A stretch of DNA of 64,000 nucleotides from Candidatus Saccharimonadales bacterium (GCA_035457485.1 DATIBO010000006.1:626659-690658); one strand, 5' to 3'. Counted from the first letter of the stretch, positions 44,694 through 54,247 are shown. Notes: a model not told the origin generated them from the letters alone. A program made the numbers and translations.

Positions 44694-45770
44694 ATGTATT
44701 CTGATGCAGTAGCGCCAAACCCGACCAAACAGCAAGTTGAGAGAATTTTACAGCTGGCAAAACTAGGCTCAAGCCCAGAGGCGGTCGATCAAATGCTGGA
44801 GTCTTTACGCGAAGTTACGGCGCAGTGGGATGGTCAGTCACCGCTTGATCCAAGTAATCAACTTCGCCTGCAATCACTCGAAAACGAACTGCGCGATTAC
44901 CTAATAACCAAGGATCCGCTGCGCAAACTCACACCCGAAACGATAGATAACTATTTAAAATCGCCTGAAAAAACCAGCACCGCAACGCTTACGCAAGTCA
45001 TTGTAATTGTTCTTTTGTCATTTTTTAATGCGGTCAGCGCCTTGATTTTGCCAGTGCTCGGGCTAGTTCCCTGGCAAAACGGCTTTTTACTAATGGTACC
45101 ACTATTTTTCGTAACTCTTCATATCGGCATCGCGTGGCTTTATTTTTCGGCGCTAAGCAATTTTAAGCAAGAATTTAAAAATGCTTTTGTACTTATTTGC
45201 ATGGGCATTTTGCTTTTGAGCGTAGTTTTTTCGCATTACGTGATAATTGAGCTGCTCGGCCTGGGTAATCTCTTGCTATTTAGATATGGCGGCATCCTTG
45301 CGCTTGTTACCGCCAGCTTTGGATTAATCTACTTTGGCTTACGCAAATACGCCGGCCTGCTTAAAATTAATAACTTTTTTACATCACTTAAATGGCTGGG
45401 CTTGGTTTCGGTTGCAGTTATTGCAGCCGCCGTTCTCGCTCCACATCCAGGTCAACAAAGTTTTGAACCCTTCTTTGACTTTGCGCTCGCAAGTATGTGG
45501 CTTTTTACAATGTTTGTTGGTTTCAGCGCAGGAGTCGCTCGACAAATTAGCAAAAATGTTACGATTGCTTATGCAAAATCCATGAAATGGCTATATATTT
45601 ACCTGATTCTGGGCTTCGTGGGCTCATTCGGCGGCACCATCGGCTTGCCTCTAGTGGGTGAGCTAAATGGCGGCTTTTTGTATGTTCTGATCGGAGTGAT
45701 GGGTGTAATTCCGCAGCTATTCCTTCTTTACACCGGCTACTTGTTTAAAAAAGAAACCAGTTTAACGTAA
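44694..45770 (+). CDS. Polytopic membrane protein with N-terminal helical soluble domain (paralog of 38945-40045)
   Basis: About 90-aa soluble head, then about 8 TM. The TM core aligns with 38945-40045. Confidence 0.6.
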   Translation: MYSDAVAPNPTKQQVERILQLAKLGSSPEAVDQMLESLREVTAQWDGQSPLDPSNQLRLQSLENELRDYLITKDPLRKLTPETIDNYLKSPEKTSTATLTQVIVIVLLSFFNAVSALILPVLGLVPWQNGFLLMVPLFFVTLHIGIAWLYFSALSNFKQEFKNAFVLICMGILLLSVVFSHYVIIELLGLGNLLLFRYGGILALVTASFGLIYFGLRKYAGLLKINNFFTSLKWLGLVSVAVIAAAVLAPHPGQQSFEPFFDFALASMWLFTMFVGFSAGVARQISKNVTIAYAKSMKWLYIYLILGFVGSFGGTIGLPLVGELNGGFLYVLIGVMGVIPQLFLLYTGYLFKKETSLT

Positions 45771-45777
45771 GGAGCCC

Positions 45778-46176
45778 ATGAACAGAGATATATTAGAGTT
45801 TAACAGAAATTTGCCAGCTGGTCGTCGAGAAATTTGCGACTTGCTTAGCACTGAAATCCAGAGCTTTTTTAAAGACTTGCCAGATGCTGAAAATAAATTA
45901 TGGCACGGAGCGCCGGTTTGGTTCTTAAACGGTAACCCTATTGTCGGTTATGATTCCCTAAAGAACTGCGTAAGACTTTTGTTTTGGAGCGGTCAGTCCT
46001 TTAACGAACCCAGTTTACAGCCCGAGGGCAGTTTTAAGGCGGCAGAAGTGCGTTATGAAAACTTAGACAAGATAAAAGTGGACGAGCTGGCAGCCTGGCT
46101 TAAAAAGGCAAAAGATATTCAATGGGACTATAAGAACATAGTTAAGCGCAGGGGAGTACTTGAGCGCCTCAGTTAA
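45778..46176 (+). CDS. DUF1801 (YdhG-like) domain protein
   Basis: 132 aa. ..KLWHGAPVWFLNGNPIVGY.. pattern. Confidence 0.45.
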   Translation: MNRDILEFNRNLPAGRREICDLLSTEIQSFFKDLPDAENKLWHGAPVWFLNGNPIVGYDSLKNCVRLLFWSGQSFNEPSLQPEGSFKAAEVRYENLDKIKVDELAAWLKKAKDIQWDYKNIVKRRGVLERLS

Positions 46177-46268
46177 CAACATTTACATTAAGTAAAATTA
46201 TGCTATAGTTAGTCGGTCATGGAGGAGCGCATGTTTTACGTGCGCCTGACAATCGAAATGGAGTGCAG

Positions 46269-47135
46269 ATGCCTCTCATCGAGGACATCGGGAACTGGAT
46301 CCAGGGAGCAGCGGCCACGTGCCTCGACTTCCTGGGCAAGATCCCGCGCGCTGTGTTCGGCGACGCCGTGGATTCGGAGTACGGCCGATGGGCTGCGACG
46401 CTCGTGTTCATCGCGATCGTCTCTTACGCCATCACCGGCATCCGATCGGTGTCGACGCTGTTCGTCGCCAAGTTCGACCTGGGGTTCAGCCAGGCGAAGA
46501 TCGACGACTACAACGACAAGCGCGGCGAGAACGACGAGAAGTACGTGTTCGACTGGGGCAAGGCGCGACGACAGCAGTCGCGCAGCCTGTCGTTCCTGTG
46601 GCCGGTCGGTCTGATCGCGCTGGGCAGCATGTACTACTGGGTGCGCTACGACCTCACCAGCAAGGGCTACTTCCTGCTGGCGATGGCGTGGTTCGCCTTC
46701 TACCTGCTGGTCATCAAGCCGTGGTGGATCAACACCAAGCTCCGCAGCGACCGCAACCTGGTCGACTCGGGCGTGATCACCCGCGACAAGGCGCCGTACT
46801 ACCACTTCAGCACCCGGCAGGGCATCCAGCACTACATGGGCTGGGGCCTTTACGGGCGCAAGAAGCAGCGCAGCCCGATCTTCATCGGCGGGCTCCGCTA
46901 CGTGCGATGGATCCTGGCGCCGTTCGCCTGGGTCCGCAAGCGCATGATCACGCCGTTCCTGTGGATCTGCGTCCTGGCAGCGGCCTGGATGATCACCGCT
47001 CCGCTCATCGTGTTCTGGCTGGGAACCCGTTTCGACCGGCGCCGCTACTGGCTCCGGCCGCCGTGGGCCCCGGACTACGCGATCGAACCGACGATCCACG
47101 AGTTCGTCGCCACAAGCGACAGCTCGAGCAGCTGA
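46269..47135 (+). CDS. GC-rich islet D ORF, hypothetical 4-TM membrane protein
   Basis: ATG 46269 with GGAG 5 nt upstream (the ORF track uses GTG 46263). Nearly all codons end in G/C. TM segments ..WAATLVFIAIVSYAITGI.., ..LSFLWPVGLIALGSMYYWV.., ..GYFLLAMAWFAFYLLVI.., ..FLWICVLAAAWMITAPLIVFWL... Three other long ORFs here are shadows. Confidence 0.6.
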   Translation: MPLIEDIGNWIQGAAATCLDFLGKIPRAVFGDAVDSEYGRWAATLVFIAIVSYAITGIRSVSTLFVAKFDLGFSQAKIDDYNDKRGENDEKYVFDWGKARRQQSRSLSFLWPVGLIALGSMYYWVRYDLTSKGYFLLAMAWFAFYLLVIKPWWINTKLRSDRNLVDSGVITRDKAPYYHFSTRQGIQHYMGWGLYGRKKQRSPIFIGGLRYVRWILAPFAWVRKRMITPFLWICVLAAAWMITAPLIVFWLGTRFDRRRYWLRPPWAPDYAIEPTIHEFVATSDSSSS

Positions 47136-47154
47136 TCACACTCCTCCAACAACC

Positions 47155-47190
47155 CGTGGCGGCCGAGGCACCAAGCCCTCGGCCGCCACG
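47155..47190 (+). terminator. GC-rich hairpin after the islet-D ORF (no U-tract)
   Basis: GTGGCGGCCGAGG caccaagc CCTCGGCCGCCAC: 13-14 bp, perfect. Confidence 0.5.
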
Positions 47191-47256
47191 CGGCTTCAAA
47201 GAAATTATCATTACACGCGTTTCTTTTTACGAAAGCCGATCTACTCGCTCTGCACT

Positions 47257-49767
47257 TTAATTTGAATAGCTCCGCCTAAGGTACGTTTGGTAGATTGGCG
47301 CAAATTGACACTCAGGAGTAGATTTTGCGCAAACCGAAGAATCAAAGGCAGAATATGATCTAAATATTGTAGATTTATCCGTTAACGTCTGGTCAATAAC
47401 GTTTTCGGGTTTTGATGCAACAGGGTAGCCGACATAGAACTGGGCGGCGGTCTCACCGTATTCTGATTTATACTTTTCAAAAGCTGTAGTGGCTATTTTT
47501 CCCGACTCAAGATGGTCGCTGTGATCAGGTGGCGTGGCATTTTTATCGGTTGATTGCAACCGAACAATCGAAGGAGAGTAGAATTGCATTAACCGACCAA
47601 GTGCATTCGTTAAATCATCCAGCGAGTAAACAGATTGTTTATCCACAGATTTAACAGTTGAGATGACCCCGCGATCAAGCTTAGCTAGACTTTGTTGCTC
47701 AGAAGACTTGAAACCCTGTCCATTGACATTACCATCTGGCAAGCGCATAAAAATCAAAGAAACATTCGGGTTATCTTTGCTTGTCGCGGCTCTAATAAAT
47801 TGTTGATCTCCCAGTTTTATAATATGCGTCGACCAAGATCTAGGACTCACGCCGAGCATAGTTGAATAAGCAGCTATTGCACCTTCTTCGCGCCGCAGCC
47901 AATAAAACTGGTCAGCGCCAGCATCCCCGGCGGTTAAATAAATAGTTCTTACGCAATGCCCAGATTTTATATCGTCGAACGTGGCCGGATTCATAAAAAG
48001 TAAATCATCATCTTGATGGGCTACCACTTGCAAAGTCGTTGATGCCGAGCAAAAAGCATCGTTAAAGTCACTCAATAAAATTGGCTTGATTGTAGCCGCG
48101 TCCTGTCCAACATGCGGGCCATTGGTAATTCCATTGTTATACAGCAACAGCAGCTCTTTAGGCTTATCGACCGTTCCATTAATTACCACACTTTTGCTCG
48201 GGCGACCATAAACTTCGGTAATCGTGTCGAGTCCACACGAAGGAGCGTCCGCGAGCGGGCTTTCTAACGACAGAATATACGCAAAAGAACTCTCTTTTAG
48301 ATCTTTTTGCCAATTTTTGCTCGATAGTAAATCACGCGGCTGAGTACAGTCCATAAGCGGTAAGATCGCCTGATTTTCATTGCTTAAAAGCCTGATCGGA
48401 ACAACACGCCAGTAATTGCCGACCAAAACGTCAACTTTATAAGATTTTAGTGCGCTGACAATTCTTTTATTATAAGTTGCTACTGGGTTTAACGCTTGTT
48501 GTTCACTGCGATAGGTTTTTACAGACGTAGGTAGAGCAATTATAATTCCGGCTAAGATTATAATTCCGGTTATAACTACAATTTTAGGGTTAAGCGTGCG
48601 CCGGCTCAAAACACTAGCAAGCGCCACAAAACCAGCAAAAAGAGCAATTCCTAAATATCTAAAGTCCACCGGGAAGTAGTGGTCACTTACAATATATGAT
48701 CCGATCGCTGCAACAAGCGTCCAGACTAAAATCACAGGCAATGCGTACGTTTTTGGGTCAATTTTAACTTTAAAACTACGCCAAAATACAACCGCCATTG
48801 CCCATATAGCCGCTATGAAAATTAAAAAGTTAACAATGTAACTTGCGATGTAGATCGACCCTGCGCTGCGCCAAACTTGCCCCATTATGTCAGCTAAAAT
48901 TCGTGGATCACTAGCAGGCAACACGCCAAAGTTAACAGATAAAGCCACAAAGACATAAATTACACCGCGCGCTAATTCCTTAAAGTCAGTTATAAACCCA
49001 TACGGGCTTATGCCGGTATGTGATATATCTGTAAACAACTGGAGAACCCATAAAATTATAGTGGCAACAACTATGGCCGCGACAGTTGCAAGCAGCCAGC
49101 GAATAGCGATTCGCATCATCGGCCTAGCGTGCATTACCCAGTAGCAAACCGTAGCCAAAAGCGCACCACCCAGACTTATACTTACAAAAAGACGATCACT
49201 TGCAAATAAAATTGATAGCAACACAACACCAAACCAAAAACTCGATTTTTTATAAGTTCCGCGCAAAATCAAAACAATTGACAAAATATATAGTACATAC
49301 TCAAGATTTCGGGTAGTGATCATAGCCATATTAACTGGCAAAAGTGCGCCATCGTAAGGTTGAGCAGGAACTAAAATTAGGGTAGATGCCAAGGCCAGAC
49401 AAAGCGTGCCAAAAACGAGCATGCGATTTTCGATCCTATATATAAGGTACGCCAACGCAATTACAGTTAAAAGCACACTCATTAGAGTAACCAGCAGGAA
49501 CGCAAGGTTTGTAAAACCTAAAATTTTAGCAAATAAAAACAATGGCCACTTAAATAAAAACGAATGTTGGTAAGGCACAAACGCCTCTTTAAAAGTATCT
49601 GGACTTTCAAACAGGTATGAATTAACTAGTTGATCAGCATTTTGACTATTAAGTTGCGCACCTAAACTTGCCCACAAAATTGTCGTACAAATAAGCACAG
49701 CTAAGCCACCGCCAGCATAAAGTGCTGGTAAAACAAAGTTCTTTAAAAAATTATACTTCTTGTTCAT
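47257..49767 (-). CDS. Fusion protein: polytopic GT-C-like membrane domain plus C-terminal PIG-L/LmbE-family deacetylase
   Basis: About 13 TM in the N-terminal 440 aa. C-terminal ..VVAHQDDDLLFMNP.., ..IYLTAGDAG.., ..PPDHSDH.. (PIG-L zinc motifs). Confidence 0.7.
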   Translation of the reverse strand: MNKKYNFLKNFVLPALYAGGGLAVLICTTILWASLGAQLNSQNADQLVNSYLFESPDTFKEAFVPYQHSFLFKWPLFLFAKILGFTNLAFLLVTLMSVLLTVIALAYLIYRIENRMLVFGTLCLALASTLILVPAQPYDGALLPVNMAMITTRNLEYVLYILSIVLILRGTYKKSSFWFGVVLLSILFASDRLFVSISLGGALLATVCYWVMHARPMMRIAIRWLLATVAAIVVATIILWVLQLFTDISHTGISPYGFITDFKELARGVIYVFVALSVNFGVLPASDPRILADIMGQVWRSAGSIYIASYIVNFLIFIAAIWAMAVVFWRSFKVKIDPKTYALPVILVWTLVAAIGSYIVSDHYFPVDFRYLGIALFAGFVALASVLSRRTLNPKIVVITGIIILAGIIIALPTSVKTYRSEQQALNPVATYNKRIVSALKSYKVDVLVGNYWRVVPIRLLSNENQAILPLMDCTQPRDLLSSKNWQKDLKESSFAYILSLESPLADAPSCGLDTITEVYGRPSKSVVINGTVDKPKELLLLYNNGITNGPHVGQDAATIKPILLSDFNDAFCSASTTLQVVAHQDDDLLFMNPATFDDIKSGHCVRTIYLTAGDAGADQFYWLRREEGAIAAYSTMLGVSPRSWSTHIIKLGDQQFIRAATSKDNPNVSLIFMRLPDGNVNGQGFKSSEQQSLAKLDRGVISTVKSVDKQSVYSLDDLTNALGRLMQFYSPSIVRLQSTDKNATPPDHSDHLESGKIATTAFEKYKSEYGETAAQFYVGYPVASKPENVIDQTLTDKSTIFRSYSAFDSSVCAKSTPECQFAPIYQTYLRRSYSN

Positions 49768-50179
49768 CGCTCTGGGTCTGCTTGAAAAGCTTGCGATAAA
49801 TTAAAAAATTCCAACAGGTTATCACTACAATACACAAAGTCCGGCTAACATATACCGGCAATCTGTCCCCGACAAAACCTACCACACTTAAAGTAAAAGC
49901 ATAGTTCCAGGCCACCAAGGCTCCGTAGCCAACAACTTGTCTAGCAAGCCCTTTAACGGTTTTGTCGTAATTATTAAAAGTCACGATCTTTTGCAGAGTG
50001 AAGGCAACTATAAAGCCAACCCAAAAGCTGATAGCCACCGCAATTACTGACGACAAGTCAAAAACAGTGGTTAAAAGCATTAGGCTAGCGATTTCGGTTA
50101 TATAAGCAGTGCCGCCAATTACTACGTAGCGCATAAAACTTTTAGCCCACAGACGCTGCAATGTCACTACACCAATCAT
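49751..50179 (-). CDS. GtrA-family membrane protein
   Basis: 142 aa, 4 TM. ..RYVVIGGTAYITEIASL... Overlaps the downstream fusion gene by 17 nt. Confidence 0.6.
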   Translation of the reverse strand: MIGVVTLQRLWAKSFMRYVVIGGTAYITEIASLMLLTTVFDLSSVIAVAISFWVGFIVAFTLQKIVTFNNYDKTVKGLARQVVGYGALVAWNYAFTLSVVGFVGDRLPVYVSRTLCIVVITCWNFLIYRKLFKQTQSDEQEV

Positions 50180-50391
50180 TTTTTATCCATAAAAGCTAAA
50201 GCTTCCTTTTTGGCTAGTATATCAATAATTAATTAGGCAAAACAATGGATGTCATTAATTGAGTATGTGTGGAATAATTGTTTTGTGCCCGTTAAGATTA
50301 TTGTTGGACATCCATATTCTGACAGCCGACATCGATCACCTGATATACTACTTAATAGACCAAGCTATAACCACACGAAAATTACAAAATC

Positions 50392-51210
50392 ATGAGTAGT
50401 CTGAATTTTAAAACTTTAAAACCGACGACTTCGTTAAGTAATTTTATAGACTGCATAAGAATTGCCGAGTTTACTGGCGATAATCCTAGCCCACAAATAA
50501 ATATTTGTCCTAACGGGCTACCTGGGATCGTATTTCATGCAAATTCGATCGAATCACTGCAGACCAGTCAAGGCGTACTAACTGACTTGCCAGAACTTTT
50601 TTTATACGGTCAAGTAACCGAGCTTAGCAAAATGACCTTTAAAACAAGTCACTTTACGACTTTTCAGGTTTTACTAAAACCATTTAGTCTAAAATCACTA
50701 TTTAAAATCAATGCCGCAAAGCTCACAAACAATTTTTTAGACTTAAAAAAGTTTAATAATTCACCGATTGTGCAATTGCAAAGTGCAAAAAATAATGATC
50801 AAGTTATAAAAATTTTGACTGATTTTTTGCAAAACCTCAGTCAAAGCGTTCAACAGGACAGCGAAATTTCGCAAATCACCGATTTTATCGATAGCAACTT
50901 AAGCCAAGTTTCAGTAGCGGATCTAACAGATACGTTTAATATTTCTGAGCGTCAACTACAAAAAAAGTTCCAACAGTTTATTGGATTGCCACCTGTTCAA
51001 TACATTAGGATTCGCAGGTTCAATAGAGCCATGCAAATGATGGACTCAGGAGAATATGAACTGTTGTCGGATATTGCCTTCGCTTTGGACTTTCATGATC
51101 AATCCCATTTTATTCGAGACATAAAAACCTTTTCGGGGAAAACGCCCAAAAGCATTACGCAAAAAACCACCGAGTTTTATCACGACCAAGTCGGCGCTAC
51201 ATTTTTATAG
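50392..51210 (+). CDS. AraC-family transcriptional regulator
   Basis: C-terminal double HTH ..ISERQLQKKFQQFIGLPPVQYIRIRRFNRA.. ..FHDQSHFIRDIKTFSGKTP... Confidence 0.8.
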   Translation: MSSLNFKTLKPTTSLSNFIDCIRIAEFTGDNPSPQINICPNGLPGIVFHANSIESLQTSQGVLTDLPELFLYGQVTELSKMTFKTSHFTTFQVLLKPFSLKSLFKINAAKLTNNFLDLKKFNNSPIVQLQSAKNNDQVIKILTDFLQNLSQSVQQDSEISQITDFIDSNLSQVSVADLTDTFNISERQLQKKFQQFIGLPPVQYIRIRRFNRAMQMMDSGEYELLSDIAFALDFHDQSHFIRDIKTFSGKTPKSITQKTTEFYHDQVGATFL

Positions 51211-51278
51211 GCGGGTTTTTACAATTATTTTTTACTTTGCAATGATATTATTTGTCTGTCAAATTAAGCAGGACACTT

Positions 51279-52241
51279 ATGATATTAGGGAAACTTAAAA
51301 AAATCAGCCTTAAAAAATGGCTATTGTTTAGCGGAATAGGTCTAGTCACTTTGTTTGTTCTTTTTATGTTTGCAGGAATCTGGGGTGCGTCTGGCCAGAT
51401 TTTGTCACCACAATTTTTAGGACTCAAAAAAGATCTAGCATTTTGTCCAACTGACGCTCAAGTAATTTGGGGTGAGAACTGCGGCAATCTGCGCCAAACA
51501 AAACAGTTTGCTTTTAGCGAAGTCAACATTGTGACCGGTGATTATAGCTTGCCTGGCTGGCTGATAAAAACCAACGACAACAGTAAAGGGCAGGCGAAAG
51601 GCGCAATCTTATTAGTTCACAGCGGCGGCAGCGATCGACGCGAAGACACGAAACATATTGGATTCTTTTTAAACCAAGGTTTGGATGTTTTAACATTTGA
51701 CATGAGCTGCCACGGCGAAGCACCCTGCCCAGGCCAAGGTTTAACCTACGGATACCGCGAATCGCAAGATATTGCAGCCGCATATAATCTTTTGGCCGAA
51801 AATCACGAAAAGGTCTACGTAATGGGATCGTCGATGGGCGCAACGTCCGTTTTGGCTGCATTGCCGCAACTTGACAACGTGAGCGGCGTAATCGCTGAAA
51901 ATCCAATGTTTAGTTTTGAGCGCTTAATTAGCGAGGCTCCAGAGGCGAAGTCAATGCCAAAGTGGTTTAGCCAGATGTTAATAAATTTGGTCAAGCTACG
52001 TGGAGGATTTGACGACAGCCGAACTCCAATCACGGGCTTATCGTCGCGATCAGATGTACCAATTTTGTTTATGCACAGCAAGCAGGATAAAATCGTAAAC
52101 TACACCCAAACCCAAGAGCTTGCCAACACTTACCAAGGACCAAAAACTATTTGGATCACCGAAACTGGTAACCATTCCGAACTTTGGAATGCTGATCAAA
52201 AAGCCTTTGAAAACACTTTAGAAAATTTTATAAAACTGTAG
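51279..52241 (+). CDS. Alpha/beta hydrolase with N-terminal TM anchor
   Basis: ..VMGSSMGA.. nucleophile elbow, ..LFMHSKQDKIV.., ..GNHSE... ATG 51279 is preferred over TTG 51252. Confidence 0.65.
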   Translation: MILGKLKKISLKKWLLFSGIGLVTLFVLFMFAGIWGASGQILSPQFLGLKKDLAFCPTDAQVIWGENCGNLRQTKQFAFSEVNIVTGDYSLPGWLIKTNDNSKGQAKGAILLVHSGGSDRREDTKHIGFFLNQGLDVLTFDMSCHGEAPCPGQGLTYGYRESQDIAAAYNLLAENHEKVYVMGSSMGATSVLAALPQLDNVSGVIAENPMFSFERLISEAPEAKSMPKWFSQMLINLVKLRGGFDDSRTPITGLSSRSDVPILFMHSKQDKIVNYTQTQELANTYQGPKTIWITETGNHSELWNADQKAFENTLENFIKL

Positions 52242-52262
52242 AATAAGCTTAAGGAGATTAAT

Positions 52263-52823
52263 ATGCGTAAAATTGTAATGTTCAACCGGGTAACCTTAGA
52301 TGGATTTTTTGCCGGGACCCACGACGAAATTGACTGGTTTGTTCAAGACCCAGAGGTAGACAAAACTCTGCACGACAAAATGAACCCCGACACAGTACTT
52401 TTTGGCGGTCGAACTTTTGAGATGTTTGAAGATTTTTGGCCGCATGTTGCAATGGACCCAAATGCTCACCCTGGCCAAAAAATGATGGCCGACGAACTAA
52501 CGAACATGACTAAAATTGTGTTTTCTAAAAGCTTAAAAAATACCGATTGGGCAAACACCGAGATTCATCACGACAATTTGATCGAAGAAATTAAAAAGCT
52601 TAAAAAAGGTGACGGTGCAGATATTGTGATCTTTGGAAGTGGAACAATCGTACAGCAACTTGCCGAGCAGGGCTTGATTGACGAATACTTTTTTGTAGTA
52701 ACCCTAGTAGTTTTAGGTGCTGGCAAACTTTTGTTCGACGGAGTAAAGAGGTCAGGTATGAAACTATTAGACACTAAAAGCTTTAATTCGGGCAACGTTT
52801 TGTTGCATTATAAAAAGGCCTAG
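52263..52823 (+). CDS. Dihydrofolate-reductase-family protein (RibD_C type)
   Basis: ..FNRVTLDGFFAG.., ..IVIFGSGTIVQQL... Confidence 0.6.
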   Translation: MRKIVMFNRVTLDGFFAGTHDEIDWFVQDPEVDKTLHDKMNPDTVLFGGRTFEMFEDFWPHVAMDPNAHPGQKMMADELTNMTKIVFSKSLKNTDWANTEIHHDNLIEEIKKLKKGDGADIVIFGSGTIVQQLAEQGLIDEYFFVVTLVVLGAGKLLFDGVKRSGMKLLDTKSFNSGNVLLHYKKA

Positions 52824-52824
52824 G

Positions 52825-53277
52825 ATGCGTAATGTTATAAAAACTCAGGTCGCAGTACCGCAAGCTCAATTGGCAAAATTATTGGCAGATCCGCAGAATA
52901 ACCCAAAATGGATGGTTGATTTAGCAAGCTTTAAGCCAGGTAGTGGAAAACCTGGCGAGATTGGATCCACGTACAAATTGGCTTTCAAAAGCGGTGATAG
53001 GATTATGGAATTTGACGCTAAAGTCACAAAACGAGACCTACCAAACGAGCTGAAGGTTGAAATGAAAAATCCGACAGTTGATCTTGATGCAGTTGCGCGT
53101 TTTACTAAAATCTCGGATTCAATCACCGAATATACATCGGACCAAACATTTACCTTCAAAGGCCTTATGGGTAAAATTTTCGGAATGCTCGGTAGCTCAT
53201 CTATAAAAGAGCAACAAAAACGCGACATGTTGGGTTTTAAAGAATTTGCCGAAAAAACCTACAAGAGGAGTCAATAG
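52825..53277 (+). CDS. SRPBCC-superfamily protein
   Basis: 150 aa. Size and pattern are typical of polyketide-cyclase/START-like proteins. Weak call. Confidence 0.45.
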   Translation: MRNVIKTQVAVPQAQLAKLLADPQNNPKWMVDLASFKPGSGKPGEIGSTYKLAFKSGDRIMEFDAKVTKRDLPNELKVEMKNPTVDLDAVARFTKISDSITEYTSDQTFTFKGLMGKIFGMLGSSSIKEQQKRDMLGFKEFAEKTYKRSQ

Positions 53278-53293
53278 CCCAAGGTTCGTGTGT

Positions 53294-53761
53294 TTATACG
53301 TAAATCAGCTTGATAAGAGTGGAAAATAAAATAACAAATACCGCAACCTCTACAATAACGCCCCATGGCCGCTCGCACCACTGAATTGCGCGATGAAACT
53401 TAACATGGAAAACACGTAAAATTCCATGAGCTTGCCTATCTTGTTTTTCGTAAGCGAGCCAGTTATAAATACCGACTGCATCTGGCGATGCAGCGATTAG
53501 CCCCGTTAGCAATGCGAACCACTCGGCGTTGGCGACAATTAGACCTACCACGATTAAGGTTGTAAGCAGTGTAAGTGTGGCCACCACGAACGACATTTTA
53601 TGTTTTAGCGCCTCGCCGTAACCCTTTTGGCCTGCGTAGCCAAAGTGGGGAAGAGCATCCATAAAAAAGTGCGAGGCGAAAGCCAGCACGACTGCGACAA
53701 AAGGGTTGGTGATGGTCAAGCCTATAATAGCACCAGCTAAAACGTGATTAGTAATTGTCAT
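53294..53761 (-). CDS. Membrane protein (YdjM/metal-dependent-hydrolase-like?)
   Basis: ..THVLAGAIIG.. and ..HFFMDALPHF.. in a 4-TM protein. Weak family call. Confidence 0.4.
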   Translation of the reverse strand: MTITNHVLAGAIIGLTITNPFVAVVLAFASHFFMDALPHFGYAGQKGYGEALKHKMSFVVATLTLLTTLIVVGLIVANAEWFALLTGLIAASPDAVGIYNWLAYEKQDRQAHGILRVFHVKFHRAIQWCERPWGVIVEVAVFVILFSTLIKLIYV

Positions 53762-53773
53762 AGATTAATAATA

Positions 53774-54247
53774 CTAGATCAGCGTTAAAAGTAGCACCGC
53801 AAGCGAAACTGGCATTCCAAAATCCCAAACTAAAATAAAGGTATTATTTGGAGCGAAGTTCTTTTTAGCAAAAATTTCACGCAAATGATTTAGACCAGCT
53901 AAAAACAAAAAGGTGATTATTGGGATGGAAACTGCGATCCACGCCTGCAAACCGTGATACGTAGCGTAAAAACAGGCCAAACCTAAACCCAGCGACACGA
54001 AAGAGATTTCGTATTGAAAGCCGTTAGTTTTCCAGCCAATTGAGCTAGCTGTACGTTTTGCAAAAAACGAGTGCATTACAAACGAACTTGCAAAAACAAA
54101 ACCAGCAAAATATAACATCCAGCGTATGTAGCCTTCGGCAATAGTTTCGTTTGCAATTGCTCCAGGAGCATCTGATCCGCTAAGCGCCATAATCCATGCC
54201 AGCACAAAAACGCCCGGCAGAATCAAACCAAAAATTTTATCACTCAT
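53774..54247 (-). CDS. Polytopic membrane protein, unknown function
   Basis: 157 aa, about 5 TM. Confidence 0.45.
   Translation of the reverse strand: MSDKIFGLILPGVFVLAWIMALSGSDAPGAIANETIAEGYIRWMLYFAGFVFASSFVMHSFFAKRTASSIGWKTNGFQYEISFVSLGLGLACFYATYHGLQAWIAVSIPIITFLFLAGLNHLREIFAKKNFAPNNTFILVWDFGMPVSLAVLLLTLI

Noticed and set aside
46219-47260. Long ORFs overlapping islet D: 46219-46614 (+, 131 aa), 46236-47099 (-, 287 aa) and 46319-47260 (+, 313 aa).
   Set aside because: All are Arg/Pro/Ser/Gly-rich with no hydrophobic pattern, typical shadow ORFs of a GC3-rich gene. Only the 46269 frame gives a plausible membrane protein with G/C-ending codons.
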